Assembly: GCF_001194135.2 (NCBI RefSeq)
Contig: NC_068986.1
Location: 67,311,922-67,375,921 of the forward strand
Length of the DNA: 64,000 nucleotides
Direction of reading: 5' to 3'
Origin: Octopus bimaculoides
Lineage: Eukaryota
Within the stretch, counting starts at the first letter, position 1. Every line of letters begins with the position of its first letter. This document shows positions 1 through 12,010 of the stretch, one piece after another. The notes under the pieces were generated by a model, which saw nothing but the letters and a program-made list of their open reading frames with translations, had not been told where the DNA came from and did no database searches. The position numbers and the translations under genes are program-made.

Positions 1-64
1 TAATTAATTATAGCGCACTCATACCAGCAAATTCAGACTAACTTAAACTAACGTACACAAATAG

Positions 65-735
65 ATGTTATTGAGCTATACTAACAACACACACACACAC
101 TCACACACATACATACATACAAACACACAAATGCGCACACATACACACACTCATGCAGACGTTCACGCGCGCATGCGTTCAAATACACATACGCATATAC
201 ACACTGGCACAGTTGCACAAGACATGCTTATTCATATAAAGTCATGCATCGACGTATCAGTGTAAAACTCTACTCGCATACATATTCTGTCGCACGCACA
301 CTAATAAACCCAACATAACCCAAAATAACAGACATGGGTTAAGGTTATGAAGTGACACTACTCACACAAACAAAATTTATATAGGCGCGTGCGCATACAC
401 ACATGCATATGCGTGCGCACCAAAACCATCACAGAACACAAACCTTCTTATATTCATTCGCCTCTACAATGAGCAGACATGTACGCATACAGGCTAACAA
501 TAACAAATATAATACACACACACACGTACACACATGCACACATATACACACAAACAAACACAAACGCACAGACGCACACAGACACTCATAAACCAACATG
601 CACATGCAATCAAACGAAAGATAAACATTCTTGAAACAAATAGCCTGACGTTAGTACAAACACTTTTTAACAACTACCCTATAATAAACACAGTGACACA
701 GCCATACACATACACTTCAAATGCATACACATAAG
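65..735. repeat. Degenerate (CA)n/(CATA)n low-complexity tract
   Basis: Long imperfect CACACA/CATACA runs; they explain the H/T-rich pseudo-ORFs at 65-734. Confidence 0.9.
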
Positions 736-1194
736 GACCCTCATGACATCCCATGCTAGTGTCCTATGACCTTGTGATTCTAATATGGTACCTTCTTTAA
801 CAGCTTCTCTTTACCTCCCTTTTATGTATGTATTTATTGGTGGATTGTTGTTAACTTCTACATGTATGCACGCACTCGCAAAGGTACATTCATCAAAATG
901 TTGAAACCGAACAACAACCATTGGCCAAAACTACCAAAATAAACTTAAGTCACACATTCGTATATACACAAACATACACACGATCTGTAATGTTATTCCC
1001 TCATATCTAACTACTCAGTGTATTGGGAACTTGCACCCATGCGCTTTACACTTCTACTCTAGTAGGGTTCAATCCAGTTATTATCTATCCACTGAACTGG
1101 TCGAATAGATGAGCTCTCCGAAGGGCATTTTGGTATTAATAAATACATCCATTGGATATTGCATTTGAACTATGGCTTTCCTAGCTTCATAGTA

Positions 1195-1330
1195 GATAAT
1201 CTATCTATCTATATATCTATCGATCGATCGATCGATTCGTCCATCCATTCATCCATGCGTGTGCATATATGTGTGTGTATGTGTGTGTGTGTGTGTATGT
1301 GTGTATGTGTGTGTGTGTGTGTGTGTGTAT
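1195..1330. repeat. Compound microsatellite (TCTA)n-(GATC)n-(TG)n
   Basis: Directly visible tandem units. Confidence 0.9.
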
Positions 1331-3570
1331 TGATATGTACGACATCTATTTTTACAAAATTTAGAAAGTTTTTTTAACATTTAGACTTATAAATTTAGAA
1401 AAATAAACTATTTCCACTGCAATGAAGATCTTATTTCATAAATACAATACATGTTTCATATTGAGTTCTGTGGTGGCAAAGTAATTGTAAAGAGAAATAT
1501 ATCTTAGTGTCGCAGAATGTCGAAATACATAAATAAACTTGCATCCATACATGATAACAGCCTATGTATATAGTTGGTGCAATGTGAATCGAGAAAACTC
1601 TCAAACGGATGAAAGAGTATTAATCTACATATGTACAGACTTATAGACGTGCGTGCGCAAACGCACATGCACGCACATACGCACACACATACAAATACAC
1701 ACACACACGCATACACATACACAAGCATACACACAAACAAGTACATATGCAGAAAGAAAGAGAGAGGGTGCACAGAGAGAAAAGATACGAGGTAAAAGAG
1801 AACACGAACTGTGAACTAAAGTATTCTCCATTGGGTTTGGTGAATATCATAGCCAAAGTGTAATTTATTTCTCTATAGGGCGTAATTATCTAAAGTTTGT
1901 CCCACTTCATAAATCAAAGTCAAACATTCCTGCAGAGAAAGCTAATATTTTCCACTTTAAGTACTTGTATGTGTGGATAAATCAAGGTGTTTGTGTACAT
2001 AACTGTGTTTGTTACATGTGCCCTGTTGTTCATACGTATATTTGTATTTGCTGATTTTACACAGAAATGACTGTATTCCAAACTGCTGTGATGAAAATTT
2101 CTCTTCGGGATCCCAAAGCCATGATTTTGTGTACTTTAACATGAGATACAGAAACACGTTTTCTATTCTGAGAGTAACAAATTCAGAATTACTTCAAATT
2201 CCTTGTTAAATGTAAATGCCACGCTAACAAACGTCATACCTAGCAGAGATGTACATATTTGCACATCTCTCCTTTCGTTTTCGCAAATTTTAGACATTAA
2301 CTTCTGTTTGTCTATGCTGTGAAATTATGTGTACAATCATTCACTGGTTGGTCAAATTAACTTCTTATATCCATAAATTCTATTATCAAGTTATTCGCGT
2401 GATCTTCCTCGGTTTATTATCGCACATTACCTAACTATTTGAACGAAGAAAATATATATCTAAGCGGACAGAAAATTCCCTGTTCATCAGTTTATAAACG
2501 GGTCTTTAGTAGGATGGCCTCCCTCACTGATTAAATATCGTCCCTTGAGATTTATACAATCTATAGAGAAAGATTTCATTCTTGAAGATAAACAATAATC
2601 ATAGCACCATAAACATTTCTTTGAATAAAAGGAAAATGAACTTTTATCCAGCATAATTTATATTCTCGCTAGGGTTAATAATCTTATTCAATTGATAAAA
2701 AATAAACATTACTGTAAAGAAATAATAGTAAATATAACAATACAGAAAAGTATATTCTTTACAATAAAGAAAATTGTATAATGAATACTGAATAACATAG
2801 CGGAGAATTATTTAGTAAATTCCTTTGGAATGTGAGCCTACTGAAGCAATCACAAAGAATTCATTAGAAAGATTCACTGACGTAGATGCACAGGAGCGTA
2901 AGCATTTGTAACGTAAACTAAGGGAATACTTGACAATTATATAGTTACACCTCTAGTCACAGTCTTTAAGACTGAAGTGTAAGTGTTTCTTCGTCTTAGA
3001 AGCTGAAATGATTTTGAAACGTTACACATCTGGAAGTAACTACTATAAACTATGATGGCTGATTTGATACATTTGCTCATTGCGTAAGTGTTCTTCATAT
3101 ATATATATAGGCAAATCCGTGAAAAAAACAGGAACAGGAAAGCAACAAAAGTAAATTACACGTACGCAGTGAATATATTAGTTTAATGCTCAGTGATAGT
3201 TATAGACGTAAGAATAGGATCAGGAATAACATTTTGAGCGTGTCTCTTCGTCGGATAGACGAAAAAGTCCAGGGAAGATGACAAAGGGGAATTTGTCCCT
3301 GGCAGCCACCGAATTATTAACCGCTACAAATTGTAATTCAAGTTTTACAAAGCACTATAAACGTTTTTGCTTGGACATTTTTGAAGTTGTATATATTTTT
3401 CTGTACATTTTAATGTTGAAATGAATAATAGGCAACTTGTGATATTTTTTCTTTCATTAATTATTCTATAATCTATAAACTTTAGTCATCATTATTGAGT
3501 TCACGAATAGGAAAGAATTATCCTGTTCATGAGGCATAATATAATTGTTTCCCATATATACTGAAGTCCA

Positions 3571-3785
3571 AGGCGGCGAGCTGGTAGAATTGTTAGCTTG
3601 CCGGAAAAAATGCTTTGCGATATATCATCCGTCTTTACGATCTGAGTTCAAATGCCACTGCAGTTGACTTTGTCTTTAATCTCTCCGGGGTCGATAAATT
3701 AAGTATTGAGCACTGGCGTCGAAGTAATCGACTTATCTCCTCCCCCGAATTTGCTGGCCTTGTGCCAAAATTTCAAGCCAGAATA
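3571..3785 (+). mobile_element. tRNA-derived SINE, family A (GGCGGCGAGCTGG head)
   Basis: Head AGGCGGCGAGCTGGTAGAA, B-box-like GAGTTCAAAT, body GACTTTGTCTTT...GGGGTCGATAAATTAAGTA. Homologous copies at 20684, 28240, 30665, 34090 and 46250. Confidence 0.85.
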
Positions 3786-3852
3786 ACACAAGGCCAACAA
3801 TTTTGAGAGGAGAGGGGTAGTCAGTTACATCGACCCACTAGTTGACCATATA

Positions 3853-4347
3853 CAGTAATCTCTCGCCATATGGTGGTTCATTCATCGCATACTCAGTACA
3901 TCGCGGATTTTCTGGCTAATATATGTAAATTTATATCGTGGACTCCTCCGTATATCGCGGGTTCTACGGCCAATAGGTATTTATATTTTTTTAGATTTTA
4001 ATTATTTCTGTGTTAAAATAAGCATTTTCACGCCTAAAAATTAATAAATTAATAAATAAAAATAGAGTACAGTACTGCATTGTATAACACATTAATTAGA
4101 ATATATTAAGAAAAAATACGTAGTGTACCGTAGATGAGTAAACAAAGAATCGCACATACTGGATGGAAAACGAAACTAGGGAGGCGAGTGAGTGGTGTTG
4201 TTTTGCATTTATAATAAGATGAATATATACGAATTATAAAAATAATTAAAAAAATATATACAGTACAGTATTGTTTTTACTTCGCGGGTTTTCCCATATC
4301 GTAGGATGTTTTGGAACGTAACGCCCGCGATAGTCGAGGGATTACTG
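3853..4347. mobile_element. MITE, Tc1/mariner superfamily (pogo/Tigger-like ends)
   Basis: Left end CAGTAATCTCTCGCCATAT; reverse complement of right end CAGTAATCCCTCGACTATC. TA on both sides (3851-3852, 4348-4349). AT-rich non-coding interior. Confidence 0.85.
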
Positions 4348-6264
4348 TAGTACATTATTCTATCGATCTCGAAATGATGAACCGCAAAGCTGAATTCTGC
4401 AAAATTAAAAAAAAACATAAAGTCAAAAGCAATACCACAAAACATTGTCTCCTACTTTCAGCTGATTCCACCATTCCCCTGTTATAAGGTTCTATATAAT
4501 GTGACAATACATTTAATTTGAGAACATCTGGGGCTTAATTAATGTGAAATCGCTGCTGCGTGAAATTGAAAGTGAACTGTCGATACGTCTTAGAAGATAC
4601 TACGGGCTCTAAGGCACACGGTGCTTTTAATACAATGTTCTACTCTAAATTTCCCATTATGTCTAAAAGGTAGAAGGAATGGAGTATCAGCATCCTGGTG
4701 ATGCACTAAAAACATTTAAAAAACCTTTGCAGCTTTTGATGAGAAATAATTCAGTATTACAGCTTGTGGAAATTTGGGAATATGTCTTTTGAATTTACAG
4801 AAACAACTATATAGGCCTTGTCTAACAAAGCTTGCTCTATCAACGAAATAGTTCTATGAGAAAACACTGAAATAAAGCAAAATAAAACATTAGAGTAAAA
4901 TAATATTGAAATCAAATAATATAATAATACCAAAATTACGTTTTGAACTATATTATCAGTTCATTCCTTTAACCCAATTTTCTCTACGCATCTTACGCTA
5001 AACGCATTAAATCAGTTATATTGGTAACAAAAATACACTTTTGAGATTTTTTTCTATGAAAGAATTCCTAACTCAGGTGCATTACACATGCACATACATA
5101 CATACATACATACATACATACATACATACATACACATACAAACAACCCCCCCCCCACATATATATATATATATATATATATGCAAATTTGGCACTCTTTA
5201 AACAGTACATTACTTACTTTCCTATCAAACTGCTGCTTTAGCTTTCTTCCATCTGTTTCGCTGTTTCAAAAGTTATAAATTCAGCCATTATATTATAAAT
5301 CACTGAGATACGCACGCATATCAGGTATTTAGTCTCTTTGATCAATTTGCTAATAGAAGTAACCTCCCACAGATAGGCTACAAAATGATAAGTTCAAAAC
5401 AGATCCAACGTTCTATGTTCCCTTATGAAACACGGAAAGCTACACGTGTCTGCTGAGAAAGATCAGGAGCTGAGTCAATTCTTTCATAATGTGAAATCGA
5501 TACTACCATTTAATTATTTTGAATAATAATAAAAATGTCATTACCCAAAGAGAGCAAAGACGTTTCTCATTTATTTCATAACATATAAGTTTACTAGATG
5601 TTTAGTTAGTAATTCGTGAATAAAATCATATCGTGTTGTACTTCTTTGCATTTCTATGTATACTTGCACCGAACTAAACCTTTAGCAATCAATTCCCTAC
5701 TTTATCATTCCCATATAGTTTAATCGTTCTTGTAAGACAAGTAAATATTATTTACCTTGAAGTGGAGCCTTCCGATTAGTATTAAAGAAATAATGCTTCT
5801 TCACTACGTCTCTAACAATGAATAGTTCATATACTGAACGCATTAACTCACTTGGAATTTTTACTATAAATAATTCATGATCGTCAAAGTTAGCTTACAG
5901 TATAAGTATCTAGAATAAAGAAAGAAATCATCAGGATTGAATCCCACCATAGTACAGCATATCCAACGGGTTTAAAACTTACTCGATGATGATCTTTGGA
6001 ATATCAATGAGAGCCATTACCAAAGAACTTCAGCTGTCAAAGAACTGTTTTTGCACGATGATATTCGATATAAGCTGTGTGTACTGACGAGAGGCCAAAG
6101 ACACGAAAACCGCTTGATCCGCGTTAAGTGGTTACATTGTAAGGCTAAACATTCGTAAGAACATCGCTGGTTTCGGTTCTTCTCTGATGAGTAAAACCTC
6201 AACCAAGACCAAAAATCTAGTAAGAGAAATGATAGATGGTTATGTACAGATCATTATCTAGAAT

Positions 6265-6826
6265 GATGCACACTAAGTTTCCATCACCTGTGGTGTTTTA
6301 GAAATGGTGGGTAACGAAGGTTGTTTCATACCACGGAACATCTTTCCACAGGATTTTAGATTTAATGCTATTGGATACAGTCGTTAAACCACGGCTGGAT
6401 GAAGTACGCATTGAAATGATATATTTGTTTCAACAAGATTCAACACCTCATAAAGCCCACGTAACGAAAGACTAGATGTCAGGCGATATTTATGATCATG
6501 TAACAACAAACCTATGGACGCCGAGCTTGCCAGATTTAAATCCCTTTAAGAACTACGTCTAGAAAGTTACTGGAAAGAAGACTAATTAACATCCTCACTG
6601 TGACGTAGTTTTAGTGAGACCACCATTATACAAGTGCAGGCATGTCAACCATCCTGGTTCTGGATTGAAGTAATCATCAAAACTGAAGGTACATTCATAA
6701 ACTAATAGTGTAAGAATGCTTATTGAAAACGTTGGGGACAATTTTTTTTTATTAAAATACATTGTTTTACTAGAGTTGTTTTATTAAATTACCAAATATG
6801 TTCTCAAAAGCTCCTCGCACGCTGTA
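6265..6826 (+). mobile_element. Tc1/mariner transposase 3' relic, maT/DD37D-like, with right end
   Basis: Translates with stops as TKFPS...LLDTVVKPRLDEV...YLFQQDSTPHKAHVTKD*MSGDIYDHVTTNLWTPSLPDLNPFKNYV*, matching the FQQD...WPPSSPDLNPLDYYVW pattern. Ends CTCGCACGCTG-TA. Confidence 0.85.
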
Positions 6827-6989
6827 CAGACCGATAGATTATACTAATAAAGATATAACGAATACACATATCTCGCAAATATTTCTGTGTAAAGTTTTTA
6901 GCTAAGGGTATGTGATGATGACTAAATTAATTTTCAGTGAAGTAATATAATAATATTCAAGGATGTCCTAATAAGACGAAATAAAGTAA

Positions 6990-7046
<57 letters not shown>

Positions 7047-7095
7047 GTCGGTCGGTCTGTCTGTCTGTCTGTCTGTCTGTCTAGCTAGCTATCTA
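6990..7095. repeat. (TCTA)n-(TCTG)n tetranucleotide microsatellite
   Basis: Directly visible. Confidence 0.95.
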
Positions 7096-7989
7096 CATAT
7101 AAATATTTCTAATTATTTACAAACACGTACAGACATACACACACAAGCACACACACCACACACTGTAGCATACACACACGCACACACATATACACACATA
7201 TATGCATACATGGTCCCTAACAATTTTAAGCCAAATCTTCAGTGTGCCTTAAACCATTATCTTCTGTTTTTAGAGAACAAATATTCATAAAAATAAATGA
7301 ATACAATTCGCCGCCATCATTATATTTGCGAAGTGAAAATTAGTTGATTTTGTGAGCCTGCGCGAATACCGAAATGAAAATCGAAATTCTTGTAAGGAAC
7401 CAAAACATGCGTAATTATAATACGTACTCAAAATAAAGAAAATATTTGCATTACACTGCAGTATTCGCAAAGACTAGCTGTAAAACTAAAAATTAAACAA
7501 AAACGATGACTGCAAGAAAGATCGTATCAAAGAGAATATATGATCTAAATATGAATGCATGCATGCGTGTATATAGGCATGTATGTATCTAGGCGTATAT
7601 CTTTGTGTAAACGTTTAATGTGTATGCATACTCGTATATACATGCAAAATTTAGGTTAGTTTAAATATGTTTGTGGCATATTTCATCTGCTAAAATTCAA
7701 ATTCATTCGAGAAAATTTTTTAAAAACTTTTCTTGAAAAGACCATATCTGTCCAATGTCGCGATTTATCACGATTTCCAGATATCGATGTTTCTAGCTCC
7801 GTAGCCGTTGTCATTGGGAAATATCTAAGAGAGGCAACACCGAATAGATATGGTGTTTTAACAGCTTCTTACCATCAGAGAAAATTTTCTCTACAGTAAT
7901 AGCAGAGAATTTGTCTTTTAGCGGTTAAAATGTCACAAGCATATTTTAACTAAGCTACATTTTAACTTAAATTTAAAAACTGCTTTACA

Positions 7990-8009
7990 GTATGTATATG
8001 TATATATAT

Positions 8010-8081
<72 letters not shown>

Positions 8082-8862
8082 NNNNNNNNNNNNNNNNNNN
8101 NNNNNNNNNNNNNNNNNNNNNNNNNNNNNNNNNNNNNNNNNNNNNNNNNNNNNNNNNNNNNNNNNNNNNNNNNNNNNNNNNNNNNNNNNNNNNNNNNNNN
8201 NNNNNNNNNNNNNNNNNNNNNNNNNNNNNNNNNNNNNNNNNNNNNNNNNNNNNNNNNNNNNNNNNNNNNNNNNNNNNNNNNNNNNNNNNNNNNNNNNNNN
8301 NNNNNNNNNNNNNNNNNNNNNNNNNNNNNNNNNNNNNNNNNNNNNNNNNNNNNNNNNNNNNNNNNNNNNNNNNNNNNNNNNNNNNNNNNNNNNNNNNNNN
8401 NNNNNNNNNNNNNNNNNNNNNNNNNNNNNNNNNNNNNNNNNNNNNNNNNNNNNNNNNNNNNNNNNNNNNNNNNNNNNNNNNNNNNNNNNNNNNNNNNNNN
8501 NNNNNNNNNNNNNNNNNNNNNNNNNNNNNNNNNNNNNNNNNNNNNNNNNNNNNNNNNNNNNNNNNNNNNNNNNNNNNNNNNNNNNNNNNNNNNNNNNNNN
8601 NNNNNNNNNNNNNNNNNNNNNNNNNNNNNNNNNNNNNNNNNNNNNNNNNNNNNNNNNNNNNNNNNNNNNNNNNNNNNNNNNNNNNNNNNNNNNNNNNNNN
8701 NNNNNNNNNNNNNNNNNNNNNNNNNNNNNNNNNNNNNNNNNNNNNNNNNNNNNNNNNNNNNNNNNNNNNNNNNNNNNNNNNNNNNNNNNNNNNNNNNNNN
8801 NNNNNNNNNNNNNNNNNNNNNNNNNNNNNNNNNNNNNNNNNNNNNNNNNNNNNNNNNNNNNN

Positions 8863-8900
<38 letters not shown>
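7990..8900. repeat. (CA)n(TA)n / assembly gap (8082-8861) / (TG)n
   Basis: Microsatellites flanking an N-run. Confidence 0.95.
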
Positions 8901-10572
8901 AATTGTTTAATTAACATTAATTACTTAATATAACTGATAATGACAAAGCTTGCGGCAGTAGTACATTAATTATCGACATAGTAATAAAAACGTTATAATG
9001 TGCAGAAATGAACTGAAAATGTAAAGAATTAGACCGTTGAAGTTACTAAATGAAAATCATTATGCCAGCTAAAGAATGCATGTCATCCGCTCTGCAACTA
9101 TTGTAACTGGAATGATACAAAGCTACCTTTGTAAATATGTTGATGACCAAGTTCCGGTTCTAGTTTGGAATGCATTTATCACGACCTACGTTACTCATGA
9201 CCTAGAAAAAGACATGAATACGTTAAGCTTTTATATCTTCTTCCCTGAAAACTAAGTCGTTAGATTTAGTTTAACTAAATCAATATTCCCTATATATACG
9301 AATTGCAATTAAAAACACAAATGTAAACGCATTCCGATCCTCCTTTTATTCTCCACCATTTTAGGAAGTGATTAGTTAATTATCAGGACTTCCCTGCTAT
9401 TACTAGTGAGAGCAGAACATACCTTGGAAGATAATTAGGCTTTATTTTGTTAATATTAACATGAACACTTCGGCAATATTCTGTGTTTTAAAAAGTTCAC
9501 ATATACATCTATACAGTAAAATATTTGTGTATATATATATATATATATACATATATATTTGTTTGAATGCATATGTGTGCGTGCGTCAATAATAATTTTA
9601 GTGTTTGTAAGCATGTCGGTTTGTGTGCATACATACATATAATTTATATATGAATATATATATTATATGTGTATATGCAAACAAACCGCCGTGCTTACAA
9701 ACACTAAAATTATTTTTCACGCCCACACGCATATATATTCATACAACTATATATATATATATATATTATTCCATATGTGAGAAATTCTGTCTATGGATGT
9801 GTTAGTGGAGTTGTTAGCTAACTCATCCTACATCGTTTTATCGATTTTGATGAAACTTGAAACGCGAGTAGAACTCATGTCTGGAGACCTCATGGCTTAC
9901 TCAGATTATTGTATAAAATCGATTATAGGGCCCCTGGCAGGGATCCCTATATATAGCCAATAGAAATAACCCATTCATTTTCCTAAATTATTTAGTAACA
10001 ATGAAATTGTGTATGCTTATTTTTTAGTATTTGAAATGTTAGAGTTATTTTCGCAATTGACCCAGCACCACCCTTAAACAAGTAAATAGTATTTTCTTAA
10101 ACAATACATCCACTTATTAGTGACATATTCACGAATATACCAACACTAGCGTCCCTGGGAACGCACAAAAGACCTTTTCAGAGTTATTTATTTTGAATTG
10201 TTATTATCTTATATCTTAGCCTGTTATTACGTAACATACTTATTAGTATTCCTCCCTATGTTCTATATACTCTCAGAACACATAAAATCCTTTTTCAGGG
10301 TTACTATATTTGAACTCTTACTATTGGATAATTAATTTCATGTTATTACATAACTGACTTCACAATTTGGGTATTCGTAACTTATTAAGAACTCCTAAAA
10401 AACAAGATCCTGTGTAAGACGGTTCGGTATTCTCTGTAAATGCACAAAAACGTTTTAAAGGCTACATACTTTGTATTGTTATTATTGGATTAGCGAAACA
10501 ATTATGAGGACTGAACCATGGGATAAGCGCCGCTTTCCCGGGAATTACCGAGTACGTCAGCTAGTATATATA

Positions 10573-11458
10573 CAGGGTGTCCCAAAAGTCACTGATGGGT
10601 TTCAATTTTTAATAACTTCCTTAAATTTACAGACAAATGCATTAAATTTTGGTACAATATAAAGGATATAATAGAAATTCATACGCACATCTCAAATTTA
10701 GCAACACCACTACATCACATATAAAAATTGACATCGCTTTAATGTCATCCATTTTCCGCTTCGCATGCCCGTGCTCTTTCCAGAACTTACAGCATAACAC
10801 CCCGAAGAGTTCCAAACCCTACTTCTCTGATTTCTCTATTGATGTTCTCCTACAGTTGCACCAGGATCTCCGGTTTGCTGACGTAAACCCTCTTTTCAGG
10901 TGTCTCCACAAGAAACAATCCAGGATAGTCAAGTCTGGGGAACGTGAAGGCGACTTGACATTCTGGAACCGGAGATTATTCTCTCTCCAACGCACTGCCG
11001 TAGAAATTTCATTGTTTCTCTTGCAATATGTGTAGTTGCCCCATCTTGCTAGAACCATGTGTGAGGTCTACTTTGAATGGCCTTCCTGTTCCCCAGAATT
11101 GACTAGCCCGGATTTTTTCTTGTGGTGATATCTGAAAGATTGGGTTTGCGCCAAAAAACCGGAAATCCTGGTACAACTGAAGGAGAACATCAATAGAGAA
11201 ATCAGGGAAATGGGGTCTGAAACTCTTGAGGGTGTTATGGTGACAGTTTTGAAAGGAGCACGGGCGTACGAATTCGAAAATGGCTGCCATTTAAGCGATG
11301 TCATTTTCCATATGTGATGTAAGTTTGTTGCAAAATTTGAGTTTTGCATATTAATTTTCATTATGTCCTTTATATTGTATGACATTTTCACGCATTTATT
11401 TGTAAAGTTAAGGAAGTTATTAAAAACTGAAACCCATCAGTGACTTTTGGAGCACGTT
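10573..11458. mobile_element. Fold-back non-autonomous Tc1/mariner element (rosa/VS DD41D-like) made of two inverted transposase 3' ends
   Basis: Left end TA-CAGGGTGTCCCAAAAGTCACTGATGGGTTTCAATTTTTAATAACTTCC; right end is its reverse complement. Minus strand of left arm: QDGATTHIARETMKFLRQCVGERIIS..PSRSPDLTILDCFLW. Plus strand of right arm: EWPSCSPELTSPDFFLW*YLKDWVCAKKPEILVQLKENINREI...ENGCHLSDVIFHM*. Confidence 0.9.
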
Positions 11459-11535
11459 ATATATATATATATATATNNNNNNNNNNNNNNNNNNNNNNNN
11501 NNNNNNNNNNNNNTATATATAATTATATAAGTAAT

Positions 11536-11940
11536 ATTCGTGGGCACTTCAATATGGCTGTCCGTTCGAACGGACTCTACTGCGATTTTTTAACCCCAAG
11601 AGGACATCTCTTCTAATTGGTTAACGATGCAGAGCTGCTTCCGATGAATTGTGAGCAGGAGAACGGAACCCTACCACCTTCTAGCGACGGGACCATTAGA
11701 TCAGTCCTGGTTTCGGGCTATTTCTGCGCTCTTCGGTACTGGACACCTCGTCTACTAGAGGTGGCAGTAGTACAGTAGTGTATATTTCAAGCGGTCACGC
11801 AGTCGCTGATTTTACAACAGGCAAAAATCCTAATTCTAAAATCTCTCAAGAGATCAACGCAGTATTTGTACTGACAAGCAATAATCGTAGCCACTTCAAC
11901 ATGGCTGTCCGTTGATCTCTTAGAGAGATTCTAGAACTAG
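11536..11940. repeat. Unclassified GC-richer interspersed element with internal direct and inverted repeats
   Basis: Direct repeat CACTTCAA(T/C)ATGGCTGTCCGTT at 11545-11566 and 11892-11913. Perfect palindrome GTCCGTTCGAACGGAC at 11560-11575. 25-bp inverted repeat at 11835-11859 and 11910-11935. Confidence 0.5.
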
Positions 11941-11952
11941 CATTTTTGCTTG

Positions 11953-12010
<58 letters not shown>

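Noticed and set aside
1879-2209. Plus-strand two-exon reading GRNYLKFVPLHK...NDCIPNCCDENF
   Set aside because: Plausible AG/GT sites but no recognisable domain; expected by chance in AT-rich DNA.
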